Shown piece after piece: positions 8,892 through 18,051 of a stretch of DNA of 64,000 nucleotides (position 1 is its first letter; every line of letters begins with the position of its first letter). The position numbers and the translations under genes are program-made. A model generated the notes under the pieces. The model was given only the letters and a program-made list of their open reading frames with translations. It was not told the DNA's origin and made no database searches. Origin of the DNA: a virus; IMG/VR virus record IMGVR_UViG_3300028812_000003, positions 1-64,000 of that record. One strand, given 5' to 3'.

Positions 8892-9488
8892 ATGGACCGG
8901 ATCTGGCGCGACGCCCGCAGCATCGACGAGGTGGGCGCGGCGATGGCCGGCTGGCTGGAGGGCCGCATCGACGCGCGGCCCGGGTACGGCGCCGCGCGGC
9001 CGGACGAGGAGACGGCGCACCTGGTGCCGGTGCTTGCCCGGCTGAACCGGCGCGGCTACGTCACCACCGACTCGCAGCCGGGTATGGACGCCGAGGCGTT
9101 CGACGGCCGCCGGTGGGAGCAGCGCGCGGCCGTGCAGGGCTGGATCGCCGGCGGGGACCCGCTGCTGCGGCTCCTCGTACGGACCGCGCGGGCGGCCGGG
9201 CTCATCGTCACCGCGTACGGCCCCGGAAGCGCTGTGGGGCCGTCTCGCGGCCTGCTGGCGACCCGGTGGGGCGGCGAGCCGCACACCGGCTTCGGAGGCC
9301 GTCCCGGCCGCCTCCAGCTCGGTTCGGAGCTGCCCGGCATCGGCCGCCGCGCCCGCCGGGGGCTGATCCGTGAGGGCGTGCTGCTCGCCGTCATCGACCC
9401 CGTGTGGGGCCGGGACGGCCGGCTCTGGCCCGCCTTGGACCGGGCCATCGACTTCGCGCACGACGACCAAGGAACGAGGACAGCATGA
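8892..9488 (+). CDS. Hypothetical protein
   Basis: SAS variant at 8864 plus GGAGG; LNRRGYVTTDSQPG, WEQRAAVQG. Confidence 0.7.
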   Translation: MDRIWRDARSIDEVGAAMAGWLEGRIDARPGYGAARPDEETAHLVPVLARLNRRGYVTTDSQPGMDAEAFDGRRWEQRAAVQGWIAGGDPLLRLLVRTARAAGLIVTAYGPGSAVGPSRGLLATRWGGEPHTGFGGRPGRLQLGSELPGIGRRARRGLIREGVLLAVIDPVWGRDGRLWPALDRAIDFAHDDQGTRTA

Positions 9489-9907
9489 CCACGACCGACA
9501 CGCAGACTCTCCCGCAGTCCGCCGTCCCGGCGGCACTGGACCGGGGCCACCTCTACAGCCCGACCCTGTCCCTGACCCGGTACGCGCTGGACCCCGGCGT
9601 CCACTACGACTACCGGCCCGGCGACCTGTTCGAGCCGATGCCCGAGACGCCGCGCGGAAACCCTGCGGACTACCGCCGGTGGTGGGAGGGCGCGGCGATG
9701 GTCGAGTCGCCCGACTTCCTCGGGCTGCGCGCCGGCGACACGGTCACCATGCACAGCCTGCACGGCGACCACTTCCCGGTCGTCGTGGCGGCCACGTACC
9801 GGCACCACGCGTCCGTCCGGTACGAGCTGCCCGGTCTCTGGTCGGACACGGTCCGGACCGTGCAGACGTACGTGACCCGCCGCAACGCCGACGGCCAGTG
9901 GTACTGA
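9485..9907 (+). CDS. Hypothetical protein
   Basis: SAS at 9465. Confidence 0.75.
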   Translation: MTTTDTQTLPQSAVPAALDRGHLYSPTLSLTRYALDPGVHYDYRPGDLFEPMPETPRGNPADYRRWWEGAAMVESPDFLGLRAGDTVTMHSLHGDHFPVVVAATYRHHASVRYELPGLWSDTVRTVQTYVTRRNADGQWY

Positions 9908-9917
9908 GGGGGACACC

Positions 9918-10109
9918 GTGAAGGGAAGCATGCGCGAGATCCGTGACATGGAGGAGCGGGCCCTGGCCCTCGCTGTCCAGGTCGCCGAGCTGCTGGACGC
10001 GATGGACCAGCTCGCCCCGAGCGGGACCCGGATCGTCGCCGGCCGCATCGTCGGCCCCGGCGTGGAGGTCCGCCGCACAGCCAACGGGTTCACCGCGCGG
10101 TCGGCCTGA
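9918..10109 (+). CDS. Hypothetical protein
   Basis: GAGGGG RBS; hairpin follows. Confidence 0.55.
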   Translation: MKGSMREIRDMEERALALAVQVAELLDAMDQLAPSGTRIVAGRIVGPGVEVRRTANGFTARSA

Positions 10110-10165
10110 CTGCCAGCCGCACCAAAGCCCCGGAGCCGCGTTGCTCCGGGGCTTCTTCGCGTCCC

Positions 10166-10206
10166 GGGGTTGCCCCCGTCGCGAGTCTATGATTTAATTA
10201 AGTCAT
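10166..10206 (+). promoter_or_regulatory. Promoter/operator module, copy 6
   Basis: GGGGTTGCCC...ATGATTTAATTAAGTCAT (10189-10206). Confidence 0.8.
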
Positions 10207-10249
10207 CGCCGGGAGGACCGGCGACAGACCAAGGAACGAGGAACCGACC

Positions 10250-10663
10250 ATGACGCAGACCTCCCGCCTCCGCCGCCGGATCGTCGCCCAGCGCTCCGCC
10301 GCCACCCGGCTGGCCCGCTCGCTGCACCGAGGCCGCGCCCTCGCCACCCACGCCCTCGCGGCCGGCGTGGACGCCGAGGCGGCCGAGGGTGTGGCGAACG
10401 GCCTGCGCTCCGTGGCCAAGCGCCTCGGCGTCGAGCCCGTCAAGGTCGTCCGCCGCCACCGCACCGTGCGCGGCTCGGAGAGCCGGACCCGCCGGACCTA
10501 CCACTACACCGCCGCACAGGTGGACGTCCTGCTGCGGAACTACAGGCCGCGCAAGGCGGAGTACAGGGCGGCCGTGGTGCTCATGGTCCTGGCCGGCGGC
10601 GCCCCGGTGACCGTCCGCCAGACGGTGCGCCCGGCGAAGACCCGCGAACTGGTCAGCGCCTGA
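10250..10663 (+). CDS. Basic hypothetical protein
   Basis: Consensus SAS at 10227. Confidence 0.75.
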   Translation: MTQTSRLRRRIVAQRSAATRLARSLHRGRALATHALAAGVDAEAAEGVANGLRSVAKRLGVEPVKVVRRHRTVRGSESRTRRTYHYTAAQVDVLLRNYRPRKAEYRAAVVLMVLAGGAPVTVRQTVRPAKTRELVSA

Positions 10664-10730
10664 CCGACAGACAGACCCGGGGCCGTCGACCGGCGGCCCC
10701 GGCCCACCGAACACGAGAGGAACCGACACG

Positions 10731-11009
10731 ATGACCGGACCCGAGCACTACCTGGAGGCCGAACGGTTTCAGCGCCAGGCCGAGACGTGGGAGAACGCGG
10801 ACACCGGCTGGAAGGCGGACATGTCCGGAGAGGAGCGGATCGCCCGGCGTACGGCGGACCTGACCGCCGCCCTGGTCCACGCGACCCTCGCCGGCGCTGC
10901 CGCCACGGCGCTGGGGTCCTTGTCGAACGGGATGCCCGGCGAGGACTTCGCGGCGTGGAACGAGGCCGCCGGGGTGCCGACGTTCCCGGGGAACGCCTCC
11001 GCGCGCTGA
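10731..11009 (+). CDS. Hypothetical protein
   Basis: AGGAACCGAC half-SAS; MTGPEHYLEAER start. Confidence 0.7.
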   Translation: MTGPEHYLEAERFQRQAETWENADTGWKADMSGEERIARRTADLTAALVHATLAGAAATALGSLSNGMPGEDFAAWNEAAGVPTFPGNASAR

Positions 11010-11097
11010 ACGCCGCCCGGGGGCGCGGCCGGTGAGCCGTCCGCGCCCCCTGTGAGGCAGCTCAGTCCGAGCGCCCGACCAAGGAATGAGGAAGATC

Positions 11098-11253
11098 ATG
11101 GCAGTGGTGTTCACGTCGCCGGCGGGCCACCCGCGCGGCGTCAAGCCGGCCGAGGCGAAGGCGCAGGAGATCCGCAGCAACGGCGGACAGGCCGAGGTGC
11201 GGATGGACCCGGCCAGCGACACGTTCCGCGTGCACGTCCCGGACGAGGACTGA
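11098..11253 (+). CDS. 51-aa hypothetical protein (not in ORF track)
   Basis: SAS at 11077; MAVVFTSPAGHPRG...VHVPDED*. Confidence 0.65.
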   Translation: MAVVFTSPAGHPRGVKPAEAKAQEIRSNGGQAEVRMDPASDTFRVHVPDED

Positions 11254-11266
11254 CCGCAGAACCTGT

Positions 11267-11312
11267 GCCCCGGGGTTGTCCGCCCCGGGGCTTCATGGTT
11301 TAATTAAGTCAT
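11267..11312 (+). promoter_or_regulatory. Promoter/operator module, copy 7 (TTGTC box inside hairpin)
   Basis: GCCCCGGGG-TTGTCCG-CCCCGGGGC then ATGGTTTAATTAAGTCAT (11295-11312). Confidence 0.8.
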
Positions 11313-11358
11313 AACGGCCGTTAGGTCGGAGACCAAAGACCAAGGAAAGTAGGGCCCC

Positions 11359-11820
11359 ATGACCAGCTACTCCGTGGAGCGACCGGTGCGGCGCAAGCCG
11401 TCCGGCCCCGCGTCCCGCGTCCGCCCCGGGCTGGTGCACCTGCGCCCCGGCGAGGCGACGATGGGCCAGCCGGTGACCATCCGCACGCTGGACGAGGACG
11501 GCGACGAGGTGGAGTTCCCGGCCGTCTACGTGCGCACCGACCGCACGCACCTGTACTGCGCCAAGGCCGGCGAGGAGCAGTCCCGCCGCTACCGCCCCTC
11601 GCAGGTGTTCCCGCGCCGGGAGACCTACCGCCGCTGGACCGTCACGCTCCAGCACAAGGCGATGGCGGAGGACGGCAGCCGGGACAGCCTGCTGCCGGTG
11701 TTCGTCTCCGCACGCACCGAGCTGGAGGCGCGGTACGAGGCGCTGAAGCAGGTGCGCGCCCGGTTCGGCGCGCGGGCCAACTTCCGGTTCACCCTCCACT
11801 CCGTGAAGCGGGCGAGGTGA
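11359..11820 (+). CDS. Hypothetical protein
   Basis: SAS at 11338. Confidence 0.7.
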   Translation: MTSYSVERPVRRKPSGPASRVRPGLVHLRPGEATMGQPVTIRTLDEDGDEVEFPAVYVRTDRTHLYCAKAGEEQSRRYRPSQVFPRRETYRRWTVTLQHKAMAEDGSRDSLLPVFVSARTELEARYEALKQVRARFGARANFRFTLHSVKRAR

Positions 11821-11821
11821 C

Positions 11822-12334
11822 ATGGCCGTCGACACACTGTCCCGCCGGGCCCTGCTGGAGATGAAGCGGGACAACGACTACGCGCCCCGGTACAGGGTCT
11901 GGCCGCCCGAGGGGTACACCGCCCCGACGGCGGAAGAGTTCGCCGACCTGCTGCGGCGGGCCAAGGGCTACCGCACTTCGCCGGCGTTCCGCTCGCAGTG
12001 GGAACGCCTGGACGACGCGACGGTGCTGCGCCGGGCGCAGCTCTGCGAGCTGACCAGCACGGTGTTCTCCGGTCAGGACAAAGGCTTCGTCTACGACTAC
12101 GCGCGGGCCCTGCGGGCGGAGATGAACCGGCGAAAGATCGTGTTCCGGTCCATCGCCATACTGCGCTGCCAGTCGTGCAGCCACGCCACGGAGCGACTGT
12201 TCGCGAAGCCCTCCGACCTCCCGGACCGGAAGGACGCCGCCTTCTACTGCGCGCGGTGCTGGAGCGGCTACACCCTCGGCGACCTCGCCGACGGCCTGGC
12301 CGACGAGGACGACGAGGCGGAGGACGAGGGATGA
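11822..12334 (+). CDS. Hypothetical protein with CxxC...CxxC zinc motif
   Basis: GAGG RBS; CQSC and CARC; acidic tail. Confidence 0.7.
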   Translation: MAVDTLSRRALLEMKRDNDYAPRYRVWPPEGYTAPTAEEFADLLRRAKGYRTSPAFRSQWERLDDATVLRRAQLCELTSTVFSGQDKGFVYDYARALRAEMNRRKIVFRSIAILRCQSCSHATERLFAKPSDLPDRKDAAFYCARCWSGYTLGDLADGLADEDDEAEDEG

Positions 12335-13338
12335 ACGGCGCGCAGGTTACCGAGATATTCGCGGGCGTCGGCTTCAGCGAGGTGCTGCGGCCCCTCGGCC
12401 TGCACGGCCCGGGGCTGGAAATGGACCCGGCCGCCTGCGCCACCCGACGGGCCGCCGGGCACTGGACCATCGAGTGCGACGTCACCCGGCACCCCACCGA
12501 GCCGTTCGCAGGCACGGGCGGCCTGGTGGGCGGGCCGCCCTGCCCGCCGTTCGGCAAGTCCGGGCGGAGGCTGGGCCTCACCGACCTGCCGCTGGTTCAC
12601 GAGGCCATCGACAGTCTGGCCCGGGGCCGGGACACCCGGGCCGCGCACGCTGCGGGGTGCCTGGACGCCCGGTCCATCCTGACCGCCGAGCCGATGCGCT
12701 GGCTGTACGACCTGCGCCCGGCGTGGGTCGTCCTGGAGCAGGTGCCGTCGGTGCTGCCGGTGTGGGGGCACTACGCGGAGATTCTGGGCGACTGGGGGTA
12801 CAGCACGGCCGCCGGCGTCCTGCACGCCGAGCGGCACGGCGCTGGGCAGAAGCGGCCTCGCGCCCTCCTGCTGGCGTCCCGGGTGCGGGAGGTGTCACTG
12901 CCCGCGTCGACGCACGGCGGGCCGGGACAGCCGCCGCTGGTCGCCATGGCGGACGTCGTCGGGTGGGGGTACACCCGCCGCCCGTCCCCGGCGGTGACCG
13001 GCGGCGGGGTCTACACCGGGGGCGCGGAGCCGTTCGGCAACGGCTCCCGGCAGGCCATGCGGAAGGTCATCGGCACTGACGCGTGGCGGGACCGGGCGCC
13101 GCTGTGCGTGCAGTGCGCGGAGGGCGGGGAGCGGGACCCGGCCGAGCCGTGCAAACACCTGCGGCCGTCCCTGGCCGAGTGCGCGGCGCTCCAGGGGTTC
13201 CGGCCGGACCTCGTCTTCCTCGGCAGGTCCGGCCAGCGGCACCTCCAGGTCGGCAACGCCGTTCCGAAGGCCCTGGCGCTCGCGGCCGTCCTCGCCGCGT
13301 CCGGTGTCGGCGAGCGCGGCGAGGTGCTGGCGGCGTAG
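12331..13338 (+). CDS. DNA (cytosine-5)-methyltransferase
   Basis: EIFAGVG (I), GGPPCPPF (IV), EQV (VI variant), QKRPR (VIII), LQGF, VGNAVP (X). Confidence 0.9.
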   Translation: MNGAQVTEIFAGVGFSEVLRPLGLHGPGLEMDPAACATRRAAGHWTIECDVTRHPTEPFAGTGGLVGGPPCPPFGKSGRRLGLTDLPLVHEAIDSLARGRDTRAAHAAGCLDARSILTAEPMRWLYDLRPAWVVLEQVPSVLPVWGHYAEILGDWGYSTAAGVLHAERHGAGQKRPRALLLASRVREVSLPASTHGGPGQPPLVAMADVVGWGYTRRPSPAVTGGGVYTGGAEPFGNGSRQAMRKVIGTDAWRDRAPLCVQCAEGGERDPAEPCKHLRPSLAECAALQGFRPDLVFLGRSGQRHLQVGNAVPKALALAAVLAASGVGERGEVLAA

Positions 13339-13485
13339 CCGACTGACAGGCGTGGATACGCTCCGTCGGCCGCTACATGGTGACGCCCGCCTGGGACCGC
13401 ATCATCCGCCCGCTGTCCCCCTGAACGACCGACCGCCCCACCCTGAAGCCCCGGAGCCCTCGCGGCCCGGGGCTTCGTCGTGCCC

Positions 13486-13526
13486 GGGGTTGTCTTCCCC
13501 GGCACCCTATGGTTTAATTAATTCAT
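13486..13526 (+). promoter_or_regulatory. Promoter/operator module, copy 8
   Basis: GGGGTTGTCT...ATGGTTTAATTAATTCAT (13509-13526). Confidence 0.8.
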
Positions 13527-13574
13527 CGGGGCGCTGGCCGGGCGGACCGCAGACCAGGGAACGGGGAACCGACC

Positions 13575-14117
13575 ATGACCGAGACGTTCGAGCCGGTGGA
13601 CTTCAGCAACGTGCACGAGGGCGACCGCGTCCAGTTCGTCACCAACGAGAACGGCTACGGCGGGCGCGGCTGGTACGAGCGCACCGGTGCGGTCGTCAAG
13701 GTCACCGAGAAGACCGTCCGAGTCGAGTGCGACGACGCACCGACACGCGTCAAGCGGGACGTCGCGGTCCTGCGCCGGAATGACTGGCACCCGCGCTCCG
13801 TGCGCAAGGCCGCCACCGAGCAGCCGGCCCGCCGGCCGTACAACGCGGAGAACGTGCGGATCGTGGACGCGGGCGTCGTCGTCACCGCCGTGTGGTGCTC
13901 CGACCCCACCGTGGACCCGGCGGTCGCGCTGGAGAACATCCTGCACCGTGACCTGCCGTACGAGGTGGAGGTCATCGCCGAAGCCAGCTGGTTCTTCAAG
14001 AACGAGGGCGCCTACTTCTCCGGGTGGGTCGTGGGCAGCAGCGACCCGATCCCGAACAAGCGCGAGGCGCTGCGGGAGCTGCGCCGCTGCATCGCCGACC
14101 ACTTCACCCGCGACTGA
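13575..14117 (+). CDS. Hypothetical protein
   Basis: SAS at 13552. Confidence 0.75.
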   Translation: MTETFEPVDFSNVHEGDRVQFVTNENGYGGRGWYERTGAVVKVTEKTVRVECDDAPTRVKRDVAVLRRNDWHPRSVRKAATEQPARRPYNAENVRIVDAGVVVTAVWCSDPTVDPAVALENILHRDLPYEVEVIAEASWFFKNEGAYFSGWVVGSSDPIPNKREALRELRRCIADHFTRD

Positions 14118-14134
14118 GGGATGAGGCACAGACG

Positions 14135-14347
14135 ATGGCTGTTAGGACCCTGCGTCACCTCGGCAGCAGCGTGTACGCCACCAGCGACGGCCGTTACCGG
14201 CTGGAGCCGTACAACGACGACACCGAGGTGACGCGCGGCCGAGGCCCGAAGCGCTGGTACGTCATCGACACGACCGGCGCCGAGCCACCCCGCACCGGCT
14301 ACACCGTCTCCCGGTTCCGCCGGGAGTTCTGCACCACCGCTCACTGA
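14135..14347 (+). CDS. Hypothetical protein
   Basis: GAGG RBS; MAVRTLRHLG. Confidence 0.6.
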   Translation: MAVRTLRHLGSSVYATSDGRYRLEPYNDDTEVTRGRGPKRWYVIDTTGAEPPRTGYTVSRFRREFCTTAH

Positions 14348-14424
14348 CCAAGGAACCAGGAACGCAATTCCCGCCCCCGCCCGTATGATCCGGCGCCAGG
14401 GGCGGGGCAGGAGGGATAACGACC

Positions 14425-14640
14425 GTGACGACCAGTGTGCAGAGCCCGGACGAGCGCATCGTGGACCCGGGGTTCACCCGGGCCATGGACACCACCGAGA
14501 CGGCGATAGCGGAGCTGCGCGGCCTCGGCGTGCCGATGGACCAGGCGATCGTCGTGGTGCAGCGCGTCTACAGCGCCGGCCGGGACCGGGGCCTGCACCT
14601 CGGCCTGCGGATGCTGGACGTCCCGGCCGCCGCGTCCTGA
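14425..14640 (+). CDS. Hypothetical protein
   Basis: AGGAGG RBS, GTG start. Confidence 0.6.
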   Translation: MTTSVQSPDERIVDPGFTRAMDTTETAIAELRGLGVPMDQAIVVVQRVYSAGRDRGLHLGLRMLDVPAAAS

Positions 14641-14672
14641 CGACCACCGACCAAGGAACGAGGAACCGACTC

Positions 14673-15554
14673 ATGACCGTCTACGCGCTGAAGCACCCCG
14701 ACGGCCGCCGGCTGTACCACCTGCCGGTGCCGGACGCGTTCGGCCGGCCCGGGTTCACCGCCCGCGCCAAGTTGACCGGGATGTTCGCCGACGGCCGCCC
14801 GATGGCGGAGCTGCACGGCGACTGGTGGGCCACGGACCGCGAGGCCGTCCGGCTCACCGCCACGGCTCAGCCCCGGCCGAAGACCGTCGGCTACCGGCTG
14901 ATCGACCCGAACGCGGAGTCCGTGCGCTACCCGGCCACCCTCACCGTCGAGGAGCGGAACGAGCGCGTGAGGGGCGACGAGGACGCGCTGTGGTCGTTCT
15001 ACACGGACGTCACCGAGGAGCAGCCGCCGCTGGAGCACGTCTACGACGGCCCGGTGGTGTTCCTGGAGGGCCGGGAGCCGCCGGCACCTGACGAGCCGCA
15101 GTGGGTCGCGCAGCTCCCGTACATGCTGGCCGAGCGGACGGAGTACGCGCACCTGTTCCCCGGGCACATCCCTGGCCTGGCCGCCCACCTGATGGCCGTC
15201 TTCAAGGGGATGCCGCGCGTCGACTTCGTCTCCCTGAACTTCCAGAACAGGCCCGGCGTGCACGTGAGCCTGTACGTCCCGTACGACGAGCCCCGCACCG
15301 AGTGGCGTGCCAACACCGGACGCGGCGGCCGGCCGCTGAAGTCGGGCAGGCACGTGCCGGTGAAGGTCAACCGGCGTCTGACTCTGCCGATCCCGGACCG
15401 GGTCGCGGCCGACAACTACGCCGAGGCGCTGGAGCAGTGGCAGCAGCAGGTCACCCACTGGACGGGCGTGGTGGAGTCCGTGTCGGTCGCCGCGTGCAGC
15501 CACTGCGACGGCAAGGGCTACGTCTCGCACGGCGCGGAGCAGTACGGCCGCTGA
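14673..15554 (+). CDS. Hypothetical protein with C-terminal CxxCxGxG motif
   Basis: SAS at 14646; CSHCDGKG. Confidence 0.75.
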   Translation: MTVYALKHPDGRRLYHLPVPDAFGRPGFTARAKLTGMFADGRPMAELHGDWWATDREAVRLTATAQPRPKTVGYRLIDPNAESVRYPATLTVEERNERVRGDEDALWSFYTDVTEEQPPLEHVYDGPVVFLEGREPPAPDEPQWVAQLPYMLAERTEYAHLFPGHIPGLAAHLMAVFKGMPRVDFVSLNFQNRPGVHVSLYVPYDEPRTEWRANTGRGGRPLKSGRHVPVKVNRRLTLPIPDRVAADNYAEALEQWQQQVTHWTGVVESVSVAACSHCDGKGYVSHGAEQYGR

Positions 15555-15573
15555 CGGCCGGCCAGACTCGCCA

Positions 15574-15621
15574 GGGTCCCGGGGTTGTGCGTCCCGGGGC
15601 CCTGTGGTTTAATTAAATCAA
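15574..15621 (+). promoter_or_regulatory. Promoter/operator module, copy 9
   Basis: Hairpin containing GGGGTTGTGC, then GTGGTTTAATTAAATCAA (15604-15621); heads the unit that contains the tRNA-like RNA. Confidence 0.75.
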
Positions 15622-15657
15622 TGGCCGGGTGGACCGGCCGGGAACGAGGAACCGACC

Positions 15658-16245
15658 ATGAGCGCACCCCGCAAGGGCGGAGGCCACAGCAAGGGCCAGT
15701 CCATGCCGTACGCCGTCGTGTACGCGTGGGACGGCGACAAGCCGGTCCGAAACGCGAAGTGGACCCTGGGCGCGGCCGAGGCCGCGATGCTCGACACGCT
15801 GCGCGCCGCGAACGCGCGGGGCGGAGAGCTGGAGATCCGGGTCACCGACCGTGCGACCGGCGAGACCGTGGTGGAGCCGCAGCGCTGCGCCGTGTGCCGC
15901 GACCAGTGGGCCACCGAACTCGGCCGCACCGACGGCGGGTACACGCTGTGCGGCACCTGCGACGAGGACGACCTGTCCGCCGATGAGCCGGTGACCCCGG
16001 CCGCGCCCGAACTGTCGGCCCCGCTCCTCGCGGCCCTCCGGGCCAAGGGGCTGGACCCCTCCGCGCGGCCGGACGGCACGGTGACCGTGACCACGAACGA
16101 CATCGACTGGACGCTGCGCCCGGAGCCGCACGCGGTCACGGGCGAGCCGTGCGGCGTGTGGTCGGCCGTCGGCCCCGTCGGCTCGCGCGGCATGTTCGGC
16201 GCGTCCAACGCGGCGGAGTTCATCGCCCAGCGCACCACCCCGTAG
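15658..16245 (+). CDS. Hypothetical protein with zinc motif
   Basis: SAS; CAVC...CGTC. Confidence 0.7.
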   Translation: MSAPRKGGGHSKGQSMPYAVVYAWDGDKPVRNAKWTLGAAEAAMLDTLRAANARGGELEIRVTDRATGETVVEPQRCAVCRDQWATELGRTDGGYTLCGTCDEDDLSADEPVTPAAPELSAPLLAALRAKGLDPSARPDGTVTVTTNDIDWTLRPEPHAVTGEPCGVWSAVGPVGSRGMFGASNAAEFIAQRTTP

Positions 16246-16312
16246 ACCTGGCGCACGACGGCCGGGGCACCGTCGCCCCGGCCCCACCGATCACGGAAAC
16301 GAGGAACCGACC

Positions 16313-16909
16313 ATGACCAGGCAGACCGCCGCCCCGCTGGAACACGCCAGCCTGAACCCCTCAGCCCGTCAGGCGCGCGAAATCGCACGAACCGTCACCG
16401 AGGGGCACCTCCTGCTCAGCCCGCCGTACCAGCGCGGCAGCGTGTGGACGACCGACCAGCGCATCGCCCTGGTGGAGTCCTGGCTGCGCGGCCTGCCCGT
16501 TGGCGTTGTCATCCTCGCCGACCGGGCCACCGAGGAGTGGCGCACGGCCAACCCCGGCCGCGACCCGTACGAGACGGGCGGTGCCTTCTGGGCGGTCATC
16601 GACGGCCGGCAGCGACTCACCACCGCGTGCATGTGGTTCGCCGGCGAGTTCGCCGTCCCCGCGTCATGGTTCCCGACCGACCGCATCGAATTCACCGAGG
16701 ACACCTGCGACGGCCCGTACGTCCGGTACACCGGTCTGACCGTGCCGGGGCAGCGGATTTTCGCCAACCGAGCGCAGTTCATGGTCGCCGAGACGAAGGC
16801 GTGCGCGACCGAGGCAGACGAGGCCAGGTTCTACCTGCTGGTCAACGGCGGCGGCACGCAGCAGACCGAGGCCGACATGGCCAACGCGGCCCGCGTCGCG
16901 GGTCACTGA
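16313..16909 (+). CDS. DUF262 (GmrSD N-terminal, ParB/Srx-like) domain protein
   Basis: PPYQRGSVW, LVESWLRGLPVG, VIDGRQRLTT. Confidence 0.85.
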   Translation: MTRQTAAPLEHASLNPSARQAREIARTVTEGHLLLSPPYQRGSVWTTDQRIALVESWLRGLPVGVVILADRATEEWRTANPGRDPYETGGAFWAVIDGRQRLTTACMWFAGEFAVPASWFPTDRIEFTEDTCDGPYVRYTGLTVPGQRIFANRAQFMVAETKACATEADEARFYLLVNGGGTQQTEADMANAARVAGH

Positions 16910-16929
16910 CCGCCGAGACGAGGAACGAC

Positions 16930-17181
16930 ATGAACAAGAACCTGCTGAAGGCCCTGGCCGAGATGGAGGACGGCGACGACCGGCCCGGTGTGAAAGCCCT
17001 GTCGACGTACGACATCCGTGAGTGGGCCGAGGACCCCCACGGGGGTGGTCTCCCCGCCGTCTCCGCCGACGCATTCGCCAAGTGGCTGGACGGAGTCTTC
17101 TACGACTGGAGCGAGGACGGCGAGACGACCAACGAGGACATTCTGAAGGGTGCGCGGGCTCACTGGGTCGGCGAGGCGTAG
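16930..17181 (+). CDS. Small acidic hypothetical protein
   Basis: CGAGGAACGAC-ATG. Confidence 0.7.
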   Translation: MNKNLLKALAEMEDGDDRPGVKALSTYDIREWAEDPHGGGLPAVSADAFAKWLDGVFYDWSEDGETTNEDILKGARAHWVGEA

Positions 17182-17245
17182 CACGACGGCCGGCCGGGAG
17201 CCGCGATCCCGGCACCGCTCGCAGGCTCACGGGCCTGCGGCACAC

Positions 17246-17344
17246 GGGGCTGTAGCACAGTCAGGCAGTGCACCCGTGAAGCGCGTTCCTTGGTCGGTTC
17301 CCGCGCTCCGGGAGACTCCGGTTCGAGTCCGGACAGGCCCACCA
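17246..17344 (+). ncRNA. tRNA-like RNA with anticodon loop replaced by an extended hairpin bearing an anti-SAS loop
   Basis: Acceptor GGGGCTG/CAGGCCC + ACCA; TA; D arm GCAC-AGTCAGGCA-GTGC; CCCG/CGGG extended by AGCGCG/CGCGCT; loop TTCCTTGGTCGGTTCC (17286-17301); T arm TCCGG-TTCGAGT-CCGGA. Confidence 0.85.
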
Positions 17345-17380
17345 CCGACAGACCACCGACGACCAGGGAAGTGAGGAAGC

Positions 17381-18049
17381 ATGAGCGCACGAGAGTGGGT
17401 CTACGCCCGGTTGACCGGGGCCCGCATCAGCCCGGAAGACGCGGCCCGGAAGCTGGACGACTACCACGAGGAAGCGCGCCGGGAGATCCTGGGCAGCGAC
17501 CTGAACCCCTCCAGCCTCGTGCTGGACGCGCAGGCGTACCGGCGGCTGCGAGACGGCATCCAGGCCACGATGGCCGACCCGGACCGGTGGGACCAGGACG
17601 GGGCTGAGGACTCGATCCTGGCCGACTACGTGAAGTGGCTGGCCGACGGCAAGCCCGCGCGGGACGACGGCTGGGACGGGGAGATGCCTTCCCGGCAGAC
17701 GCTGCCCGACGTCCTGCGGGGCGCGGCCGACCGGATCGACGCGGAGGACGTGCCGCAGACCGCCGAGGACACGGCCGACTTCTGTGACGGCGCCCGATGG
17801 GCCACGGCCCAACTGCGAGCCATCGCCGGCGAGGCGGACGCAGCGCCCGAGGACATCGGCTGGCTGCCCGACTGGCTGGCGGGGCTGGCCCGGGACCACG
17901 CCGCGTCGCTCCTGTCCGACGACGAGCGCGCGATCCTGCGCTACGCCGTGGGCCTCGCGCAGGAGCAGATGTTCTCGCGCGGTGACGAATTCACCGACGC
18001 CGACGAGGCGGCGCTGGAGTCGCTGAAGCGTCTCGCGGGCGAGGGGTAG
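17381..18049 (+). CDS. Hypothetical protein
   Basis: SAS variant at 17361. Confidence 0.75.
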   Translation: MSAREWVYARLTGARISPEDAARKLDDYHEEARREILGSDLNPSSLVLDAQAYRRLRDGIQATMADPDRWDQDGAEDSILADYVKWLADGKPARDDGWDGEMPSRQTLPDVLRGAADRIDAEDVPQTAEDTADFCDGARWATAQLRAIAGEADAAPEDIGWLPDWLAGLARDHAASLLSDDERAILRYAVGLAQEQMFSRGDEFTDADEAALESLKRLAGEG

Positions 18050-18051
18050 CC

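Noticed and set aside
17277-17308. Intron-containing ordinary tRNA
   Set aside because: Removing the insert gives no canonical 7-nt loop with U33; it is far too short for a group I intron and its loop matches the start motif.
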